Shown: positions 55,022 to 64,000 of the stretch, in pieces
How positions within the stretch are numbered: position 1 is the stretch's first letter
Layout of the letters: each line of letters starts with the position of its first letter
From: Botryllus schlosseri
Lineage: Eukaryota
Length of the DNA: 64,000 bases
Assembly: GCA_051294905.1 (NCBI GenBank)
Contig: CM119371.1
Coordinates: 29,824,001-29,888,000 of the forward strand
Direction of reading: 5' to 3'
Position numbers and translations under genes: made by a program
Notes under the pieces: generated by a model
What the model was told of the DNA's origin: nothing
Seen by the model: the letters and a program-made list of their open reading frames with translations, nothing else
Database searches by the model: none

Positions 55022-58000
55022 ATTCCGTCATACCCATGTATTATTCTATTACACCCTGGACCATAACTAATTCCCACAACGTCTGCATTACGGCTATTTT
55101 CGATTTGCCTGCAGTCAAGATATAATGACGCGGCAACAGTCAATCGTGATGATGCTGTGGTCTGCAATTGCCATATAAACTGAGGATTGCAAAAAGATGT
55201 TCATATAACAAGCCACTCTATAGATCCATGTCAGCATATCAATACCAACCGATAAGTTTGAATATTTCTGGTATATATTATTCAGAGAAAAGTACCACAC
55301 AATTTGGCATTTTTAATCAATCCTGGCTATTTCTCCTTGTTGTAGCATCGCCCGAAAAAACTTAAGTTCCTTATAAAGTGTTTCATAGTATTAGACCTGA
55401 CGCCACCATCCTACTGCTCCAACTAATAAGATTTGAAGCTGGTTTGGTGTTCAGTTGAATGCATCACATTAACAACAATTTGTACTTCGGCTTGCTTGCG
55501 GAAGGGAATCATCCGGTAATGCTGTCATTTAAATTTAACCGGACGCGACCGACGCGTAATACCAGCAGACTATATATAACCACTAACCAGTTCGCGACTG
55601 AACCCGTCTATCGCAGTGCCTCTTTTGCGGTCGCGGCCGACTTTCCAATTAGAAAGACTCCGCGGTTGCTTTCCCAAATTTGAACTCGAAACACAGAATG
55701 AAATCAGTCTCTTTGGCGTTCAGTGACAATAAGTAAACAAACTTTTGAATAACATATGATTTGTGATTTTCCCGGGACTTTTAATCGAAGTAGGAAGTTA
55801 CAAAATGCACGCCACATATTATTTATTATGATACCAACGCAAAAACATGAGAGCACTTAACGTATCATCGTTTAGGCGTTTTCTGGTGATGCTTATCATG
55901 ATATATGTTTGTATCAATAGGCCTGCCCAGTGCCCATTGGGAAAATGGCTTGCAGGAAATTACAATGAGTTAACACGGTATGATATTTTATCTAAAACGG
56001 CCATTCGCGTGATGTGGGCCATGAAGCTTTAGCAGTTATGAGGCAAAACTGCTTCATATGATCTACCATAGCTTACAATATCATAAATTCGATTTATTAA
56101 TCTCTTCGCCGAAATGCTTTCCTGAAAATATTTCGCACACCCAGGTTGAAAACCACTATCTTATTGTTGTCCAGTAATGTCGAGCGCAGTTTAGTTTTTA
56201 GCATTAGCATTTCCTATAAATTGCAGCCTCACCCATCCTTATTCCGATTAGAATTACTATGTATTCGATGCATTATGTGGATTCGGATTTTTACATAAAC
56301 TTTGAAACGGTCATTATTCCAAAAATATTAAAGGCACTGGCGCAGGCCTACTTCGTTGTTATGCCACAGTTGGTAATATTATCACGTTAATGCAGAGTGT
56401 TCACAACACTATCAGTTGATATTGTAATCTAAATCCCGATGCCACTGAGCTCGCTACCCGACAAAACGAGAGAATCTCGCCTGTCTACGACTCGGTCACT
56501 AGGTCATGCACACCGGAGTTGCGGCAACTCACAACATGCCGTATGCAACAAGGTTGAGCAACTCCGCGACGAAGTTCAAAATGGATCAATTTTAATGTAA
56601 TAGGCTACCTATTGACATGGAAATAATCCGAGAGTTTATTTTTCAATATTGTTAAAAAAATAATAATTTAAAATGACATTGAAACGCATTTGAATGTTGT
56701 TCTCTACCTTGCGGGGAAATTGATGTACGAGTTCTTGACCGCTGATGCAATCACTGAGGCCATCGAAGTTAAAAACTTTAGCTGTAGCATATAGTAAACC
56801 TATAGAGTTCTAGAAATTTTAATTAGAAACTGGAAATGTCTTCCGCAGATTCTGCGTTTTCAGCATTAAAATATGAGATTGGTTCGTTACGAAAAAGAGT
56901 TTGTATACATGACGCCAGCTAATTCATAGGCGAAAATACTATTCCCTTCGAAATATTCATTTTGTATTTTAGGAGCTGTGTATGCAGTGTAATGTGTATC
57001 CATTTCGGCATTCCGGCTGAACGCGCAAGCAAAATAGTCACCGCTTGTGGGCACTGCAGAGTGCTCATCCGGCTGCGGCAAGCATTGCATCGCGACTTAC
57101 GGCTCGCGATACCAGTGTGCATCGGGTCTAACGCTGCTTTAAGAGCAAAGTAATATATATTATGCAACTTCAGCCTGTGGTAGATGCTTTGTCGGAATCC
57201 GAGAACTTTGATTGGATTAATCCCGGGATCGAGATCACACAATATAGCTTAAAATCCCGGGGTTTCGTGACTGGGATTACCCGGGGTCTCAACGCTATTT
57301 CATTGTCATTTGGGGATAATTTGTATGGGTTGTCTAGTCGCGCGGAGGGCGATCTTGCCTTTTTTCGTACTAATAGCTAACCTGTACGTCTTTATCGCAG
57401 TCAAAATGGAAATTACGGTGATGCGTTGATGAAATGTGCCGGGGCTGTAAAGATTGGCAAAGTGATTCTATCAAACACCCACCTTGGCCTACGAAAGATA
57501 ATGATGAAAGATGAAGCAAATAAGAAGATCGTACATAAGTTTACACCGAGTTAAAAGTAACAGAAGATAAGATAAAAAGGCTAAGCATTGGAAATGAAGT
57601 GGCATGAGTGCGTGCAGGGCGATTTCACCCTCAATTTTTTTCTAAGATTCAAATACACTGCAGCCATGTGGCTTCATATAGAGCGGCAATAGGGTATCTG
57701 AGATCGTTGGCCCCATTTGGCCCGACAGTTATAATCGGGGCTGCATTTATAACAAAAATCAATTTAAAAACATAACATGTTTAAAACATGCCCTTTGTTT
57801 GAAACACGTATTGCTGTGTTTTGTGCCATGACGTCCCTAATATTCAATTGTGACGTCACATAAGATTTCCATTGACGATCGAAAATATATGGTAAATATG
57901 ACTTCTTTGACGGACAAGATTTTCGAACCCCGTCGAGCTGATGAACCCGATGATCGACATTGCTCGGTTGGAGAGTGAGTTAACTTATTTAAATTTCAGT

Positions 58001-58196
58001 ACATCTTTTTCGGAAGTTGAAACCACAAAAACTTTCAACATTTCTGGTTGCAAATTCGCTTTTTATTAACTGTACAGCAGTAACTAGCTTTTTGAATATC
58101 ATTTTGACCACCCCGATTTATTCCGCGGAATCAGAGCATGGCTTCGGCGCAATAAAAGGCACCATGACTTTTCTTAGGAACTGGGTATGCAAAGAT

Positions 58197-58623
58197 TAGG
58201 GTTACCATGCGTCGTCATTTAGGATGATTTGATCCCATTTTCAGATTTTCTTAAATGTCCTGCAAGGACGCCTAAATGTCCTGCTTTCTGGCAATTCGTC
58301 CTCCTTTACAGTTTTCACAGCTAAGATATTGGACAGGTTGGGATGAAAATTGGCATAAATCACGCTAAATAGTAAAGACGGACGTTCGAGCGGGAAATTC
58401 GTGGTTCGATCGAAAGTGACGACTTTAATTTTAGTCAGCACCACTAAATTTAAGTAAAAAGTATGTAAATCGGGAATCGAACGAAAGGAATGACCTTTTT
58501 TTAGTCAACTCGCCAAATTTTACAGCAAAATAGCGAAATCGGCTGTTTTCGTTCTCGATCAACTAACTTTTCGCATTTGGTCAAAGTGTCGTCCTTGACC
58601 AATTCCAAAATATGGTAACCCTA
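58197..58623. mobile_element. MITE with TAGGGTTACCAT TIRs
   Basis: Inverted ends; related copy at ~52970-53358. Confidence 0.7.
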
Positions 58624-60125
58624 ACAAATATAGGCTCAATGCATTGGCTGTGCTCTTGATTCACAACGACGTCAACCTGTATATTCCAGATTTCAATTAC
58701 CTTCTTATTGAATATTTTGCAACTATTAAATCACGACAAACGCCAAAATATTCGTGTGGACTTATTGGACTACTGTATTTTATGATTTGTCTTCAGAATA
58801 ATTTCAACAATGTGGGCACTAGGCATGTCTAATGCCTATACTCGATACACTCCACCCCTGTTGAAAAGCACTGAGAAAAATCCCACATAATCTGACATTT
58901 CTACTCACGCCTGACCTTTATATTATTGTCCGACAAGAGATAGGTTTTTAAAAATATTTTATGTTATTCGACCTGACACCGCCATCCTATCGTTTTAACT
59001 AATGAGATGCGAAGTTGGCTGCGTTTCCAGATAAACGCGTCAGGTCAACAGTCATTTCTACTACCGCTTTCTTATGGGAAGGAATCACCCGCGTTGATGC
59101 TGTCGTTTAAATTTAACCTATCGCGCTATATCCTATAACAGTATACACAGTTTACAATCCCTTCAACCTATCGCTGTGGCTCTTTTACAGTCGAGGCCTA
59201 CATTCCGTTATGAGAGGATGCCGTGACTATGTTCTCAAAGTTGAATTTTGTTTTCATTCTGTTTAAACTACATTGTTCATCTTACACCAGACGGATATAC
59301 TTTCCTACGTTTCCTTATCTGCCGACATATAGCACCGTTTTATTTTATTCTAGGCCAATGTTCTTAACCAGCGTTCCGTGAAACATTGTGGGTTTCCTGA
59401 GCCACTGTCAGGGGTTCCGTGGAGGTCATGAGTCATGACACACACTCACGCCGTTCTTGGCCATCATTGGTTGGTTGCAGGTAATTAGGCTCTATCAGTC
59501 GTCGAATTGTGGCTAATGTGGCGGTATACGCTGGCAGTATATTGTTGAATTTATACTGCGCTTTCTACTGAAAAGCGAAAAAGCGAGTGCAGACGAAAGC
59601 AGATTATTTTAAATAAAATCGGGGTGCAGTTTGGTTTCGAGTGTATTGACCACGCCCATTGTCTCATCTGCTTTGGAAATATTGCTTTCAGAAAGAAATA
59701 CCGTATTAGTCAGCAGCAAGCAGAGATTATAGATAGCCTACTCGGAAACAAAACCTGAACAGACCATTTCTATACGAAGCATCTGATTAGTCAACGCTAC
59801 TTTTTGCCGAATCTCAGCGAAGTCACAAAACGAATGTTGTACTTGAACGTGGCTTACGCTCGCCAGAGGCAGACGAACATTGACAATAGATCTCAGAATA
59901 CCTATTACAAGTGGCATATTTCACCCAATATGAATTCCTTGATCGCTGCTGAGCATTGGCGAATAACAAGTGTGCGTGGATAACTACAAGACGAATATCG
60001 AGCGGCCATTATAATATATCAGATTTGATATTTTTAATCACGATTATTCAATTTACTTGAAGTATGTATCTCTCTCGCCCGAATTACAGAGCAAAAATGC
60101 TCGTTGAGAGACGCGCATAGCTTAC

Positions 60126-60982
60126 CTATGTTTTGCAGTTGTAATATTACAGCCCGAGGCACCAATCACGTAGGCTAGGCAAATTGACATTTTGCTAATT
60201 TCGAGTTGGTAAACCATAGTCAAATTGCTAAAGTATCTGATTGCAGTGTTACTCAGGAACTCTCGATCATTATAACGCGAGTTGTGTTTGGTTGTTGCGT
60301 GGCGATCAAGTATCATTTCCTCTATAGTTCCCCTGCCTAAGGCGTTATGTGATCCTATGCGACGTAGGCTACGACCGGATAAAATGAAACGAGACATAAA
60401 TCGATTCCAGGGAATTTTCCGTAGATGTTTGCCAGTTCTTGTTAGATGATAACAATGGGTGTTTACAGTGAGCCCAGGCGATACATTAGCTCTGCCTTTA
60501 TATCTTGGCCGACATCTGTCTCGCGTAGCATAGAGTTACCATACATCCTATTTTAAGAGGATCTGGCCTATTTTTTGAGATTTTGTCCTCTTTTTAGATA
60601 ATTTTGGTCAAATTCGCGGCCAAATTCGACTGAAATACAGTAAATCAGCACCGAAGTACGCTCCGGCGGGTATTTTGGGAGCTGAGCCGGTAAGTTGACC
60701 TTTATTTAGTCAACCACCCGATAAAGTTAAAGGCAAACTGTATTTTGGGCACTGAGCGAGAAAGGTTAACCTTTTTCTTAGTCAACCCCCATGCAACGTG
60801 AAGGAAAAAACAGTATTTCGGGCGCTGGGCGAGAAAGTTGACCTTTTTTTTAGCCAACCGACCACGATACCATATTTTCCTCCGGTTTTGAAATTTTGAA
60901 CACGTGTCATTTTTTCAGATTTCCAAAATATGGAAACCATAGCTTAGCAATATCGCGGTATCGACACCTATCCGACTGTGCC
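60126..60982 (-). pseudogene. 438-bp open exon disrupted by a MITE
   Basis: TTCAG|...|GTAAG. Removing MITE 60531-60941 and one TSD copy gives a stop-free frame AQSDRCRYRDIATRDRCRPRY...GASGCNITTAKH(R). Product unrecognised. Confidence 0.6.
60531..60941. mobile_element. MITE with TAG(A/G)GTTACCAT-like TIRs, inserted in an exon
   Basis: TSD GCGTAGCA/GCTTAGCA. Confidence 0.75.
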
Positions 60983-61686
60983 CTGAAATCATTACTCCGG
61001 CTTTTTTTTTACGAATGAAAGAGTCCTCGGCATTGTTGAATTGATTTATGAGAACAATATCGTAGTTCACTTCTAGGTGACGATGCTGTAAAGTTGTGTT
61101 TCCTGGAAAGTAAGACTGTTGGACTGGGAGTGGTGCAGTGCTGGTCCAGTTTTTACGGATGGTGAATATATTATTTTAGCATTTCTTTAATACCTATACA
61201 GCCCTGTCCTGTCCACGCAATACACCGATTCCTAATTTGAGTAAGGATAAGCAAGGCCACAAGGTATTGGAGATGAATAGACTCTAAATATACATGTACG
61301 TCATTTAATGACGAGAGCGTTGCAGTTGACTTTCGTCAGTAAATTATGCGAAGCTTACATTGTTTCGAGTGCTCCTCGTATAAGCGTATCAATATCTTTG
61401 ATAGAATTTCCGTTTGTCGTGTGCGAGTTAACAAGGGTGGATGTAGCCGCAACAATGGCAACATGCAGATCGCGTCACAGGGGGATTTTAAAGTACTTGG
61501 CTGGGTATTCCGTTTTTGACACAAGTATCAGTATCAGCTTATTAATATTTTCCTCAATACAAAACACCACAAACTGCGACACAATGAGAAGATCGAAAGG
61601 TGTCGAAACGACTTGGAGTGGTCTTTGGGATCAGACACCCACCTTGGCCTAGGCGAAGTAGAGAAGAGGCATGTACATTGCACAGT

Positions 61687-64000
61687 AGTAGTATATATGA
61701 TCGGTCTGGGTGTGCCTGGGGCTCTTATGGGCGGGGTGGTGATGTGCCTGAAAACCCGGGGTGGTGATGGTACCCTTTTAGACCCCCTTGTGGTGGTGAT
61801 GTGCCATGTGTTCTTATGGGTGCGGTGATGATGGTACCCATTCAGGTATAGGCTGCGGCGATGATGTGCCGTGAAAACTCGTGGCGGTGAGTCGTACTTT
61901 CAGGTATAGGCTGCGGTGATGATGTGCCTATGCGGTGATGATGGTACCCTTTCAGATATATGCTGTGGCGATGATGTGCCCACGGATTCTTGTGTCGTAG
62001 TGAACTAATGTTGTTGGTATAGGCTGCGGTCATGAGGTGATGTTGATTACGAAGTATATTGATCACGTGATTGATCCTTAGTTATTGTGTGTACCCCAAA
62101 TTCTTATATATGACCGATTCGAGGTAATCCTAACGTTTACGGTGAGTGCGACTTCAAGATATCGTTATTCTTATGGCCGCGGCGGTGATTCGTACTTTCG
62201 GGTATAGGCCGCGGGCGGCATGTCGTACTTCCAACAGAAAGGGTGTGAAATAGTTTGCTAAATATAGGAATCACTTGCAAGGTAATATTTCGGTAATTAG
62301 TTTACCACAGAGCCGGCGGTAGACGGCGATTCGAATACCAACAATATCCGCGTTCACATACTAACACTTCAAAAAGGTGTGAAATATTTGTAAAATCCTA
62401 CGAGCGCTCACAAGATAACACATCAGACATAGCCATCTCTCGCGGTTTGGTGTTACAGAGGTAGGAATCACGCACAAGTAATATTTTGGTAATTAGTTTG
62501 TCACAGAACCGGCGTAGACGGTGATTCCAATACCAGCAATAGCCGCGTTCACAAACTAACACTTTAAAAAGGCGTGAAATAGGTTGCAAATCCCGCGATC
62601 GCTGACAAGATAACACCTCACACATAGCGATCACTTGTGACTTGCTGTTACATACATTCCAATCGCCACAATGTAATATTTTGATAATCAGTATGTCACA
62701 GAACTGGATTTCACTGGTAAAATTTAATAACTAACGAATAACAGAACCGTCGCAGACGGTGATTCGAATACCGACAAATTCTCACTTATTTCTGATCCAA
62801 CCCTAATCCTTTGCGAAGTTGACGCTTATTCAAAAAGGTGTGAAACAATTGTAAAACCCCACGTCGCTGACAGGATAACGCATCAGACATAGCGATCTAG
62901 TTATAGCACGTTGTCGGAATCCATTCGCGTTCTATAGGTAAACTGAGGTAATCCGAAACGAAATATTTTGACTTGGCGTAGTGTGAATTGAAATAGGATT
63001 GACAAACTTGACTACCATCTTTCCAAGTGCCATTTCGATATTATACGCACATTGATGTGAAACAACTAATGAAACATTACAACTCTATTCACGATCCGGC
63101 TTTCCGTTTGTCAAAGAGATATTTTAACATCTTACCATACTCAAAAGAATTATTCACAACATTAACCGGTGTTGAAAATATAGTTTTCACTTACTTGATT
63201 TTATCACTACAACTCGCAAACTTGAATTAATTCATCCTGGTTGTATTCATATGACCGATAATTTTTATTCAACTGTAAAAGTCGTTACTATTCTGTAAGA
63301 TAGAGGAATTACTACGCGGTATATTCTGCAAGACAAAGTAATTATTACTCGATATGTTTTGTAAGACAAAAGTAATTACTCTTCGGTACAGGCGACTTGA
63401 GATTAACATAATATGTTTGAGTATACGAGATTTGAAAGTCTGACCAACGTAGTTGAGAATTCATATCTTACAATCGAAAGCTGGTGTTATATCGAAAGTT
63501 ATCATTCTGTAATTTATCATTGACCGTACAGAGTTGCTGACATTCCAATGTCTTTTACGCTGTAATAAACGGATTCATTTGTGATAATTTAATTCTCGGT
63601 TATTGTTCAGACATTCAAATCTCGTATACTCAAAATGTAATTGGTTTATGTCAAGACGTATATGCAGCGATTAGTAAATACTTTGTCTTACAGAATAGTA
63701 ACGACCTTTACAGTTGAATAAAAATTATCGGTCATATGAATACAACCAGGATGAATTAATTCAAGTTTGCGAGTTGTAGTGATAAAATCAAGTAAGTGAA
63801 AACTATATTTTTAACACCGGTTAATGTTGTGAATAATTCTTTTGAGTATGGTAAGATGTTAAAATGTCTCTTTGATAAACGGAAAGCCGGATCGTGAATA
63901 GAGTTGTAATGTTTCATTAGTTGTTTCACATCAATGTGCGTATAATATCGAAATGGCACTTGGAAAGATGGTAGTCAAGTTTGTCAATCCTATTTCAATT
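61687..64000. mobile_element. Second, diverged Polinton-like non-autonomous element, cut by the window end
   Basis: Starts AGTAGTATATATGATCGGTCTGGG..GGGGCTCTTATGGG like element 1. 62230-62900 resembles 9000-9480; 62910-63510 resembles the reverse complement of 14330-14555 and 12525-12733. Confidence 0.8.
62986..64000. repeat. Long inverted repeat (arms ~62986-63300 and ~63686-64000+), axis ~63493
   Basis: Mirror ORFs 63027-63230(+) and 63756-63959(-) differ at 2 of 67 aa. Confidence 0.9.

Noticed and set aside
16628..59983. TGA recoding or selenocysteine in the exon-like blocks
   Set aside because: TAA/TAG stops, frameshifts and TE insertions also occur; decay is the simpler explanation.

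Overview
AT-rich eukaryotic DNA, apparently from an invertebrate animal (organism not determinable from the sequence), with no long ORFs. It has three layers. (1) A minus-strand, intron-rich, tandemly duplicated gene or pseudogene cluster: two intact LDL-receptor class A (LDLa) exon pairs and several diverged exons carrying stop codons or transposon insertions. (2) Dense, often nested hAT-type non-autonomous elements with 8-bp target-site duplications (TSDs), plus tRNA-derived SINEs, LINE fragments and a hAT transposase relic. (3) The most striking layer: an 8,516-bp element (7967-16482) with 1,624-bp terminal inverted repeats (TIRs), AGTAGT...ACTACT ends and a perfect 6-bp TSD. This is a Polinton/Maverick end signature, but the element has no recognisable genes. 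A second, diverged member starts at 61687 and seems to be a near-palindrome running off the window, and a third TIR fragment lies near 1.8 kb. All calls are by eye; no database searches or alignments were run.
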